Shown: one piece after another, positions 52,542 to 61,857 of the stretch | How the letters are laid out: every line of letters starts with the position of its first letter | How positions within the stretch are numbered: position 1 is the stretch's first letter | Assembly: GCA_002269645.1 (NCBI GenBank) | Contig: NIVC01002232.1 | Location: 127,099 to 191,098 of the forward strand | Direction of reading: 5' to 3' | DNA length: 64,000 bases | DNA from: Macrostomum lignano | Lineage: Eukaryota | Notes under the pieces: generated by a model | Seen by the model: only the letters and a program-made list of their open reading frames with translations | What the model was told of the DNA's origin: nothing | Databases searched by the model: none | Translations under genes and position numbers: made by a program

Positions 52542-53950
52542 TTATGTGGCGATTATGTCTAAAATCGGATAAAGTTGAAAGCCTGAAACTATAAGAACAG
52601 TTGATCCTTCAGTGGTTGAATTAATATGCACTCTATAAACAGAGAATTTTTCGGTGGAAGCTACTTCGAAATACTTCATCACTCCAGGAACTAAACCAGC
52701 GTTTTCGGTAGAAAAAATATTCTTAAAGTCTCTCTTGTTATTGCTTCCTTTCAGAATAAAAATTTTTGGTTGATTTTTTATAATTTCACTACCCACTGCT
52801 TTGGTTCCTTTCAACCCGAATTTCCAAATTCGAATGGACTCGGGAAGTTGTACTTCAATGTAAGAATTGGGTTCATTCCTCGATGCCCATTCTGAATTAG
52901 ATACTACATAACCCCAATTATCTGACGTTTCAAATGCTCCTGATGACGCTACATTGAAACCCCTTTCTCTATAGTTTTGACGTGTTGCTAGTGGGGAATA
53001 TATCCTGTATAAGATTTGAAACCTAGTCCCCGCCTTAGTCGCAGCTCCACTGATTCAAGTGCATTGTCTACGTATAGCTTTGGTACAGCTTGAAGTCTAT
53101 CTATAGGCCACACTAAATCATTAACCACTGTTTGTCTCTCAAGTAATTCAACTTTTGTAAGCTTTACGGAACCAGAAAAATTAAGAGAATAATGGAAATA
53201 ATATGAGGGATTGGGTATTTTTTTCCTAAGATGTGCATTGCCTCTTCGTAGTTCAATGGGTGCACTTTGTTCAACAGGTGTCCAGTTTGTTCCATTTAGG
53301 CTCACACTAACAGACCAACCAGGCCACACCTCTCCTTCCAACTTTATCTCTACAACTTTCCTAGCTCTTTTCAGAAATTGAACTCGTATCCACTTGTCTG
53401 AGTCATCTACACTGCTCCATTCTGAAGCTGGGTTTGAATCTGCAACATGATATGCTGCTGAAGAGTTATGAGAAGCGGTCACTTTCATGTCAGGATGGGA
53501 AGCGTTTGAAGTCAGTAATGAAAGAATATTGACTAATTTCGAACTCTCTGTACCTCCCGCAGTACCTTGCCTTTCTGCTAACAAAGTGTCAATCTCAGTT
53601 TTAGAATACATCTTAGTGTCAATCTCAGTTTTAGAATACATCTTAGTGTCAATTTCGGTTTTAGAATACATCTTAGTGTCAGTTTCGGTTTTTGTGTAGA
53701 CATTGTTTACGCGCCCATGAGCATCGTCAATTAATTGTAGCATGGTGATATTCATTGCGTCACTATCTTCCTTTGAATAAGAGTCTGAAACATTTCTCTT
53801 TGCTAACAATAAATTATCTATTTCCTCTCTCTTATATCCTTCATTTTCATTGATGTATCGATCATCAGCTAACGCTATTGTTATTCCAGGTGCTATATCA
53901 TTTGAATTTGACGAGTAACCAAATTGATTGGCAGTATTCTTGTAACTCAT
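52542..53950 (-). CDS. Putative fibre/receptor-binding protein with two discoidin (F5/8C)-like domains; one frameshift near 52995
   Basis: (YSKTEIDTKM) 30-bp repeats, then two beta-rich modules (AS..W.S..D..WI.V.F; WAS..NSYIEVQLP..FILKGSN). Adding one C in the CCCC run near 52995 joins ORFs 52988-53950 and 52542-52814. Confidence 0.6.
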
Positions 53951-54378
53951 TTTAATTGCTGCAAAATTTCATTATAGCTATCTCCTTTATCGATTCGGTG
54001 TAAAAAGTACAGCGACATTTGACCACAAAATTTCTTATCAAAAGTTTGAATTTGTTCTTCCATGTCTCCACATATTCTATTCTTTGTGTGATTAAACTTT
54101 TCCATAATTTCCAGTGTGGGCGGTAGTGCATAGGAATCAAAAAAATAAACCTTATCAGGAGCTGAAAATATAGCTGAATGATGTATACCCCGTTCTTTCG
54201 AAGTGTGAATATTTGTCATAAAGTAACCATACTGTGGTAAATCAACAATTTCATCTCTCATGGCATAGCGAAATGGTTTTAACTTGAGATATTTTGCCCA
54301 ATTTATCAGATCAATATTAGTCGTAGTGTCAGTCCCAAACTTTTGTTTAAATGCATTCCATGTCTCAGCTTCGCTCAT
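53947..54378 (-). CDS. Adenain-like cysteine maturation protease (PRO)
   Basis: GIHH, YFFDSYALPP, QIQ...FCG: His, Asp, Gln and Cys catalytic positions present. Confidence 0.9.
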   Translation of the reverse strand: MSEAETWNAFKQKFGTDTTTNIDLINWAKYLKLKPFRYAMRDEIVDLPQYGYFMTNIHTSKERGIHHSAIFSAPDKVYFFDSYALPPTLEIMEKFNHTKNRICGDMEEQIQTFDKKFCGQMSLYFLHRIDKGDSYNEILQQLK

Positions 54379-54387
54379 TTTTAACAC

Positions 54388-55177
54388 TCATATTTGTCGT
54401 ACGTGTAGATTTATAAATATTTCCTCGCCATCAAAGTCGTATAGAACACCAGACTCATCTTCGATGACAAAGTCGAATGTGCTCAACATGTTTGTAGTTA
54501 GTGGTAGGTACACAGGATTTGCAGGCTCTTGAATAATTTTACTTCCCATTGGGACAGAGAACGATGGAATTGAAAGAAGTATTTGCTTATCAATTAAATG
54601 ATTTCCATTGGCTGGATCAGTGATAAAACCCCCTTTGATATTGAGACAACGAACCATGATCGCACTTCTAGCTCCGTCTATCCGAGCTGGATTTGGAGCT
54701 CTCTCAAATGGTTTCAAATACACTTCCGAATTGAATCCCAACAGTCTTCTAAAGTTATTGGAATGTGCATCCCTGAAATCAACTTGATACTCTGTGGCTA
54801 ACCGTAACTCAACTCTACGCGTGTCTAGGCTTGCACTGAAAACAATAGCCCCTCTTTCCAATCATTTGCAGCTGTTAGCAATCTTTGAATCTCGCTTGAC
54901 AGACTTTTAACTTCCCAAGATCCTGCTTGAATCTTTATTTTTTCCATGTTCTACCACTATCCCTCGAGTATCGCAACTCATTATTGCCTCCTTCAATATT
55001 GTTAATAGCATCAAAGACTGCAAACTTTTTTATACCAGCTTCGTATTCTCGATCTTCATACAAATTTATAGGAGTGCCTAGAGTTTGTCGAAATGGGTTT
55101 TTAATTGAAAAGAAGTCAAATGTGCGTTGAAACTTTTTACTCAAGAGGATGTTGACTTTTTCTATTTCTTTTTCCAT
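54388..55177 (-). CDS. Minor capsid protein (penton, single jelly roll); frameshift near 54900-54935
   Basis: N-part PINL..YEAG..NNIEGGNNELRYS.D.G.TW; C-part P.GSKI..P.NPVYLPL..IEDESG.L.DF.GE.I.I.LH. Located between ATPase and protease. Confidence 0.8.
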
Positions 55178-55179
55178 TT

Positions 55180-55909
55180 TTAAGCAAGTAATTCTGCTAG
55201 CTCTTTATCAACATTGTTATGTCCCTCTGCTTTTGCGGCTAGTAATGTCAACACTCTTTCACTGAGTCCAGATCCCGGTTTTACTCGATATCCTGGTGGA
55301 TTATCTTTCAATATCCTTACTGCTTGCTTATAATTCCCACTTGATTTGGCCGCTGGATTTTTACATGTTCAATGAGGTTAACATAATCCTGCAATGTTTG
55401 CATCTTGAATTGCTTCAGCTCTTCACCATTTTCAGTTACTTTAGGCATTTTGAACAACTCTTCAAGATCTTCAGAAAATGGCATTCGAATTCGTTGACAA
55501 TGATGTCTCGACCTTGTTCATGGAATTCAACATCTATTACAGATGATCCAAATATATATCCAGCATCAGTTTTTTGAATCCGTATACTAGGCGCTGGTCT
55601 TTGAGTTATTGGAATCTTTCCAATTTCTTCAATTATTTTGTCAAATACTTCCAGAGGTTCAAATCGTCCTTTTGGTGTACTTGATTGCGGAACTGGAACT
55701 TTTTGATTCTGAAGTTTATCAACAAGGTTGGCATTGACATCAATAAATTCATCGAGCTTTTCTGTGACAGGTTTTTGAGCTAATGGAGCCACTCTTGCAT
55801 ATAAACTCTCTTCTCCAATTTTCAAATAGCGTTGAGCATCATTTCTGGATTTGTACGTTTCTCGCTGCTTTGCTAAATTAATGAGTTCTCTTATATATTC
55901 ATTAGTCAT
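55180..55909 (-). CDS. Conserved Polinton hypothetical protein (frameshifted)
   Basis: ORF 55436-55909 continues in other frames to GSGLSERVLTLLAAKAEGHNNVDKELAELLA*. The C-terminal L..R..LL.A..AG.N pattern recurs in Polintons. Confidence 0.55.
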
Positions 55910-55911
55910 TT

Positions 55912-56685
55912 TTACAATGGGATTTTAGTTAGAACATCCTTATACAAATCTTGCTCATCCTCATCAGCTCTTGTATTTATATAGATATAGCCATACTTCT
56001 TTTTCCAAGCCTCTCTACATTTAGCCTTGAATATAGCGGGTTCATAATTCGTTTCTATATTTCTAGCAATGTGATTCAAGTTTGTATCTTTTTGTTTAAA
56101 GATTATGTAACATGTCGTATTCTCCCTGACAGTATTGCGATCTAGTTTGGTAAAATTTTGAGCTAGATAAAAACCACAACAGTTTCCATGCCTGCCTCTC
56201 TGAAACAGACTTTCCTGAAATGTTTGATTAGCCTCTCCCAAAACATCGTCCAATATCACACATGTCTTTAGTCCATTATGAAAAATTTCTTCATTTGGAG
56301 TATGGGAAAGAGTGACAGGAATTTTCTCTATTACTTCTGAATTTTCTGATGTGCTTTGCACTCGACCAGGGTTGGCTGCCTCTCGACAAATATGTCTAAT
56401 ATCTTCAGGAGATGCATCCTCACTCACCTGGTAGACATGATAGAGTGAGTTGATAAGAGAAGGTGGGAGACCATTTTCAAAGCCATATTTTAGAAACTGA
56501 TACTCTGGATCCATTTGAGATGCTCTGGGAACATATAAAACTAACTCATTAAAGTCAACTAGTTTTTCAGGACTTGTAAGAATATGGAATAGTAAATATG
56601 TTTTACCCGTATTTGTAGCGCCGATAATACAACATAAAAGAGGATTAGGGAAAATAGGATCATGCTGAAATTTTACTTTGGGCAT
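55912..56685 (-). CDS. A32/FtsK-like DNA packaging ATPase
   Basis: Walker A IIGATNTGKT, Walker B VILDD, RGRH motif, F(Y)LAQ. Confidence 0.93.
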   Translation of the reverse strand: MPKVKFQHDPIFPNPLLCCIIGATNTGKTYLLFHILTSPEKLVDFNELVLYVPRASQMDPEYQFLKYGFENGLPPSLINSLYHVYQVSEDASPEDIRHICREAANPGRVQSTSENSEVIEKIPVTLSHTPNEEIFHNGLKTCVILDDVLGEANQTFQESLFQRGRHGNCCGFYLAQNFTKLDRNTVRENTTCYIIFKQKDTNLNHIARNIETNYEPAIFKAKCREAWKKKYGYIYINTRADEDEQDLYKDVLTKIPL

Positions 56686-56706
56686 TTAAAAAAAGAAAAA
56701 ATGACC

Positions 56707-58071
56707 TTATTCGACGCGGGTCATTTGATATTCACTGGTAACTTTTATTACATTCTTTGTTTGTTCAAGAATTAGTGCAAAAGCAGTCAGCTCAACATTT
56801 GTTGACTTCTTGATAAATAATTGAATATTCACTCCACTCTTGACCAGAAACTCATCTTGAGCTGTTAGATCAAAGCAAAAGATTGGATAGATGGTTAGAA
56901 AGTCTTGTTTATTGAATGGAGGAGTTACACCGAAACGGCTGCAGATGTCTTCGTACATTTCATACGCTCTGTGAATGTCTTGAGCTACTGGATCAATTTC
57001 AACATAATCATTCGGATACATCACCTGATTTAATCTGACTTGAAGCTGGGTTATTTTCACTGCATTTGCTCCAGTTTTGTAAGACACATACTTGTGATCA
57101 TTAACTATATATGATGGGTTGTTTACGTCATATTTGAAAGCTACAAAGATTGCAAGTGGCATATTGGAGATGTTGGCTATGTTCCATGTATATGGACTTC
57201 CTTGAATGAGTTGTGGTGGAACCGTTACCCTCTCTGGAAATGATACTGTAATGTCCTTGTTGAGTGATTTTAGAAAAGCTGCTTCAGCACTGGGTGACAA
57301 AGTAATAGCAGGGATCCAAATCTCAAAGCTATTAATAGTTAACTTAGCTTCCGTCCCGGCAGCTCCAAAGAAAATTTCAGCATCGTTAGTCTTTCTTGTC
57401 CATGTGAATTTATATTTAATTCCTTTGCTAATCTTCTGCCAATCAAGGAACCCAATGAGAGGTGTTAATGATAGTTTGATTGTTCCACCTCTGTTTGGAG
57501 CATTAGTGACATTGTTATAATTTTCAAGCCTCCTAATGTATCCAGTATTCGAATCCTTCTTATTGAGTCTATTTTTCATAGCGATTGCTGCAGTTCTCAC
57601 AGCTTCAGCATCTGCGTTGTTTGCTAGAGGTATATCAGAAACAGTCCCAGCATCTCCAGTGTCTGGAATCCATCCGTATGCTTCTCCAACTTCATTCATT
57701 AATTTTGAGTACATTACGGACTTTAAGATTGTGTCATACTCTCCAGGATCATTATAGACTTTCTTTGTTCCTCCAATGTCAACTATGAGTTGAGAGAAAA
57801 GTCTCATAGGCCAATTATGTTCTAGAGTAATGTTCGTATTCAAGTCGGTGTTATCTCGTTGTGTTATTGAGTATTTTATACAACCGAATGCCTCTGACAT
57901 GAGAATGTATGACTCTGTTGAATTGACTTCATGAACTATTTGACCTCCTGCAACATTGAGATTATTAGTGCTACCTGGAGTTGGAGAAATCTTAATATAG
58001 TCTTCTTTCTTTTTGAAAAAGCTAAAAGTTTTGTCCTCATATATGCTCAGTATATCCTTTTTGTTCTCCAT
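56707..58071 (-). CDS. Major capsid protein (double jelly roll), 454 aa
   Basis: Size, position and beta-rich motifs typical of Polinton MCP (I...P.....LN..G.QI..EV; PLAIFVAF; YPIFCFDLT). Intact ORF. Confidence 0.85.
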   Translation of the reverse strand: MENKKDILSIYEDKTFSFFKKKEDYIKISPTPGSTNNLNVAGGQIVHEVNSTESYILMSEAFGCIKYSITQRDNTDLNTNITLEHNWPMRLFSQLIVDIGGTKKVYNDPGEYDTILKSVMYSKLMNEVGEAYGWIPDTGDAGTVSDIPLANNADAEAVRTAAIAMKNRLNKKDSNTGYIRRLENYNNVTNAPNRGGTIKLSLTPLIGFLDWQKISKGIKYKFTWTRKTNDAEIFFGAAGTEAKLTINSFEIWIPAITLSPSAEAAFLKSLNKDITVSFPERVTVPPQLIQGSPYTWNIANISNMPLAIFVAFKYDVNNPSYIVNDHKYVSYKTGANAVKITQLQVRLNQVMYPNDYVEIDPVAQDIHRAYEMYEDICSRFGVTPPFNKQDFLTIYPIFCFDLTAQDEFLVKSGVNIQLFIKKSTNVELTAFALILEQTKNVIKVTSEYQMTRVE

Positions 58072-58114
58072 TTTTATAAGAGAAATTTCAACTAAGCTTC
58101 ATGAGGTCTAAGAA

Positions 58115-58543
58115 TTATCCCATTACCCTGTTTCTCCTTTTCAACTTTAAAGTCTTTAGCAGCCACTTGACTGCTTCGCTGGGTACTTGTTCGACTCTTT
58201 TAGCCGCATCAACTAATACTCCACTCCCTTGAGCCTTTTTCAACTCTTCTAGTTTTTGCCGTTCAATGCTTTCTATTGTCTTATTATGTTTAGCATTGTT
58301 GGCTGTATTAACACTTTTTGCAATCATTGTACCAACTCCTGAGGCTGCTCCGATACCACCCAAAATTGCTGGTAGTAAGCCTAATAGAGGAATTATTCCA
58401 CCTTCATGTTCTTTCTGTTTCTCTTGCAATTCTCGAATCTTCTCTTTAGAAAGATATTGCTTTTGCTTATTTACAGTAACATATCTTGGTTTTCCCTCTC
58501 GAACATATCGATTGAGTCTTGCTTCAGTGTTTTTCTCGCTCAT
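58115..58543 (-). CDS. Basic core/membrane-lytic-like virion protein, 142 aa
   Basis: EGGIIPLLGLLPAILGGIGAASG: GG-type protease cleavage site followed by an amphipathic segment, as in Polinton and adenovirus core proteins. Confidence 0.65.
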   Translation of the reverse strand: MSEKNTEARLNRYVREGKPRYVTVNKQKQYLSKEKIRELQEKQKEHEGGIIPLLGLLPAILGGIGAASGVGTMIAKSVNTANNAKHNKTIESIERQKLEELKKAQGSGVLVDAAKRVEQVPSEAVKWLLKTLKLKRRNRVMG

Positions 58544-58551
58544 TTTTAAGG

Positions 58552-58974
58552 TCAGAATTTCTTCAAACCATTGCCTTGTCTCAAAGACACTTGAGACTGT
58601 TCTGCTGTTCCTAGAGCCTTTTTAACAATATCTTGAATAGCCTTATTTGATTGAGAAGCTATCTGTTGCTCTTCTTCCATTCTTTTCTTTGCTTCTTTAT
58701 CTCTACGTTTCTTTTTAATATATTCCAGTTCCTCACCTGCTTTAGACATGTCACTGTATGATTTCTTCGCATCGAATATGTTCTTCGCTGTGGTAGCTGT
58801 TTTACCTATTGCATCAGCTCCACTCACAATTTTACTTCCATGATTTGATAAAAAGTTTGTGACACCACTGATCATATCACCAATTCCTTCACCCTCTTTA
58901 TCAGCTAGTAGTTGTGAATCAGACGTTTCAATCTGACCTTTCGCCCGTTTGCAGTTTGTTCGATAGGCGCTCAT
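58552..58974 (-). CDS. Putative virion core protein (GEG cleavage motif), 140 aa
   Basis: AAAAATG start at 58974; EGEGIGDMISGV..amphipathic helix; GNG near the C-terminus. Confidence 0.6.
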   Translation of the reverse strand: MSAYRTNCKRAKGQIETSDSQLLADKEGEGIGDMISGVTNFLSNHGSKIVSGADAIGKTATTAKNIFDAKKSYSDMSKAGEELEYIKKKRRDKEAKKRMEEEQQIASQSNKAIQDIVKKALGTAEQSQVSLRQGNGLKKF

Positions 58975-61173
58975 TTTTAGTTGAAAAATTTGCTGGTAGA
59001 AGCTGGGATTTGTAAAATGATCCAATGATTTCTTCTCCATTCTCATCCTCAATAATGTAGGTTATGGGATTGGAGTAAACTATTTTCTTTATCCTAAACA
59101 CTTCTGAAATTTTCCAATATCCTCTTCGACCCTTTTCAAAGTGCTCCTTATATCTATAGATATGAACTTTGTCACCTACTTTGAAGTTTGGTTTCTCATT
59201 TGAATACTCGAAAGTTGGCTTTGGTACTCGCTCAGGATGTTTAGATGCTTCTGAAGGAGTTATCAGAATCTCAGAATGGATTGTGTTGTTGTATTTTTCA
59301 ACAATAGCTGGCAATGTGTGGAGCCACTTCTGATTACCCTGTAGATCAAATTCAAACCAGAGTTTATTTGTGAGAGTACGATTGAACCTCTCAATCATTG
59401 CATTCTTGGACTCGCCATAAATTGAAAACATCTTGTTAATATATTCACCCCTTTCATCCTTCTTTCTAATGTTGTCTTTTGAAAACGAGTATAGCTTGTA
59501 CATATGCTGATTATAAAACTCCTTGCCTTCATCTACACAAAGTCTCTCTGATCGTCTTCCTGATTCCTTAAATACTTTTTGGAAAGCTTCTGCAACTTCC
59601 GCTCCCGTCTTTGTTTTCAAAGGAACTGCCCAGGCGTAACGTGTAAAACCATCTATGATAGTTAGAGCATATTTGTAACCTCTTTCGGGCGGTAGGATAA
59701 TGATATCTGCATGCCAAATTGTGTCTTTTGCATAGTGAATCATTTTTCTAAATACTCTTGGCTTTCGATATTCTTTATGCAATTTTACTGCATCTTCATA
59801 GCTAAGACCCTTACCATAAATTGTTAGACAGTCTATACAATTGTTGGGGTTGTGAGTATGAATGCCTAATCCAAACCGAACTTTAGCCTTGATAATACGC
59901 TTTACTAGATTTCGAATGAGTCTCTCTTTCACAGACAAGTCACTGGTTGGAATAGCATCTAAATCAGCTATCATTTTTTCATCAGCTATATGCTTCTTTG
60001 CTAGAGCTTCCTCTGGATTTGAAGAAGTGTTTTCAGCATCTCTATAGTTTTTGTCATGATAGTAAGCAGTCCAATCGATTGGGTTAATTGGTAGACTGTC
60101 ATACCGAGGCCGGTCTGTAATTGGATTGAGTCTCTTGTCTAAATTTGTACCGGCAGTTGATCCTCAGTCTTTCGAAAGAGGCTGGACTTTATCTTAAGGC
60201 ATCATCAGGATTGACCAGATCCTTCAGCCCCACCTCCATAAAGTCTCTGAACCTTCTCCATATCCTTGTCAACTTTAATGGACGTACCATAGGTACTCGA
60301 TCAAAGATCGGACTTAGGAGCTTGGCTGCGGATTTCCACCATGTCCTCAAGCTTGTTACCGTTGGGAACAGGAATTACCTGTGTTCCTTCAGAAGATTTC
60401 TCAGCTGAAGTGGTACTTGAGGCTATTGAAGGAGTTCCCGCAATTTGAAGGTGTCGCCATTCACTAAGCACTTGTTTAACCTTGGTTATAATGTTTGTGT
60501 ATTTATCCCGATAAAGAAATTTCAATGCAAATTCTCCTGTTAAGGGTGATTCCATTGTCTAGTAAAATATTCTTAGGTTCGTTTGCAGTTTTATTGATGC
60601 ATACATAAAACAACTGGTAGGTGGGATTAGACTTTTTATAGTCTAATAGTTTCCGATAGTTACTTTCACGACTTGAGGAATTGTCTGTGTTATCAGAAGA
60701 TTTAAGCTCTAATGCAATCTTTCGCTCAACGTGAACCAGGTCAATCTTTTTTACCTTTTCGAATCCAAAATATTTTTCTGCTAAAACTTCATATAGTCTA
60801 CCTAGTCTCATTTGAATAACTTTAATCTTGTGTGAAATTATTAGCTCTTCTTGAAATAAATCGCAAAGAATTTGGTCATACCCCACCTTGTCGTCAATTG
60901 GTTTCAAGAGAATTTCTCGAATTTTTTGCTCCATTTTTACTTTAAAAATTTAACAAGTGCTTATCGATCGCCCTGAAGGGACGCGAGCTCTGCTCGATGA
61001 CTAGCAAGGACATTGACTTTCCTCACTCAGGCCACAAGGTAACCTGCAAAAGAATACCCTGGAATATGAAATTCTCCAGGATATTTTCCAGTAGAGAAGA
61101 TGGGTGGCAGTTTTGTCATAGCTGACTGAATGTCTAATGCAGAACCAAGAAATAGTGGTTTATTGAAGGCCAT
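58928..61173 (-). CDS. int: PLA2-like domain fused to retroviral-type DDE integrase; two exons (61173-61041 and 60153-58928) split by a group I intron
   Basis: Exon 1: MAFNKP...GEFHIPGYSFAG. Exon 2: GTNLDKRL...PINPIDWTAYYHDKNY (PLA2 HD motif), then the integrase core WHAD, IDGFTRYAW, VDEGKEF, IERFNRTL. The join is in frame (1359 nt). Confidence 0.88.
60154..61040 (-). ncRNA. Self-splicing group I intron, subgroup IC1
   Basis: P AAAUUGCGGGAA (60435-60446); Q AAUCCGCAGC (60325-60334); R GUUCAGAGACU (60242-60252); S AAGAUAAAGUCC (60184-60195). P3 ACCUUC/GAAGGU; P4 UGCGG/CCGCA; P7 GACUUUA/UAAAGUC. P5a-like GGUAACAAGC. P1 CAGGU/GCCUG with a U.G pair; terminal G at 60154. Confidence 0.93.
60503..60934 (-). 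CDS. Intron-encoded putative PD-(D/E)xK homing endonuclease (probable frameshift near 60540 extends the C-terminus)
   Basis: QMRLGRLYE...IDLVHVERKIALELKSSDNTDNSS: D-x9-E-x-K restriction-fold signature. Lies inside the intron between P1 and P3. TAAAAATG start. Confidence 0.68.
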   Translation of the reverse strand: MEQKIREILLKPIDDKVGYDQILCDLFQEELIISHKIKVIQMRLGRLYEVLAEKYFGFEKVKKIDLVHVERKIALELKSSDNTDNSSSRESNYRKLLDYKKSNPTYQLFYVCINKTANEPKNILLDNGITLNRRICIEISLSG

Positions 61174-61440
61174 TTTATAGAGATTTTTTTATTTCTTTAT
61201 TTTTACTTGTAAAGTGTTTGTATACATTCCATTGAGTACTTAATAGACTGAATTTTAAGACAAGTCGAGACAATAATCCAAAGCGACATGTTACACAAAA
61301 CAGATCGCTGATAAAAGATCTTGGTATATTTTAAAAGAAACTTATAAGACGATGCATAACAATCCTTAGTCACAGTCACAATGACAATCCTTAGTCACAG
61401 TCCTTACAGTCCTCCTTAGTCACAGTCACAGTGATAGTCC

Positions 61441-61857
61441 TTAGTCACTCATGTCTTGGTCTTGAGCAGCTTGGTCTTGAGCAGCTTGGTTTTGAGCAGC
61501 TTGGTCTTGAGCAGCTTGGTCTTGAGCAGCTTGGTTTTGAGCAGCTTGTTGTTGAGCATCCTCGTATGTCGGAGGTGCCTCTGGAACGTCTACATCTAGC
61601 GAGCGCTCGATTTCTAGTTGGCGTTGATTTTCTAAGATAGAACGATCCTTCGCAATGGTTTTTTTAACTAGCCTAAGCATCGCAATGTCGTTCTCAATTT
61701 TGTCGAAGTATACGCGATAATGCTCAAGGAATTGATTCTCATTTGTAGACGTGACGAAGCTAGTATTGGGGTATTGTGTGTGAATCAAACCTCTCAAATT
61801 GTTTCTCTCTTGTGTGTTCACAAGTATTCTAGCACGCCTAGTTGGATTTCCGGGCAT
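61441..61857 (-). CDS. Polinton hypothetical protein, 138 aa, with PPTY motif and (QAAQD/N) 15-bp repeats
   Basis: ORF track; coiled-coil-like middle region. Confidence 0.5.
   Translation of the reverse strand: MPGNPTRRARILVNTQERNNLRGLIHTQYPNTSFVTSTNENQFLEHYRVYFDKIENDIAMLRLVKKTIAKDRSILENQRQLEIERSLDVDVPEAPPTYEDAQQQAAQNQAAQDQAAQDQAAQNQAAQDQAAQDQDMSD

Noticed and set aside
60145-60555. ORFs 60301-60555 (-) and 60145-60408 (+) as independent genes
   Set aside because: They overlap the ribozyme core. The first is probably the frameshifted tail of the endonuclease; the second is antisense noise.
61010-61035. CTGAGTGAGGAAAG as a possible hammerhead ribozyme core
   Set aside because: Does not match CUGANGA spacing. 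The region is explained by P1/P2 of the group I intron.
60163-61043. Spliceosomal reading of the integrase insertion (G|GTTACC...CTGAG|GA), which is also in frame and gives FAGSTAGT
   Set aside because: Weak donor, it distorts the PLA2 GxG loop, and it does not explain the complete group I core. Kept only as an alternative for RT-PCR testing.
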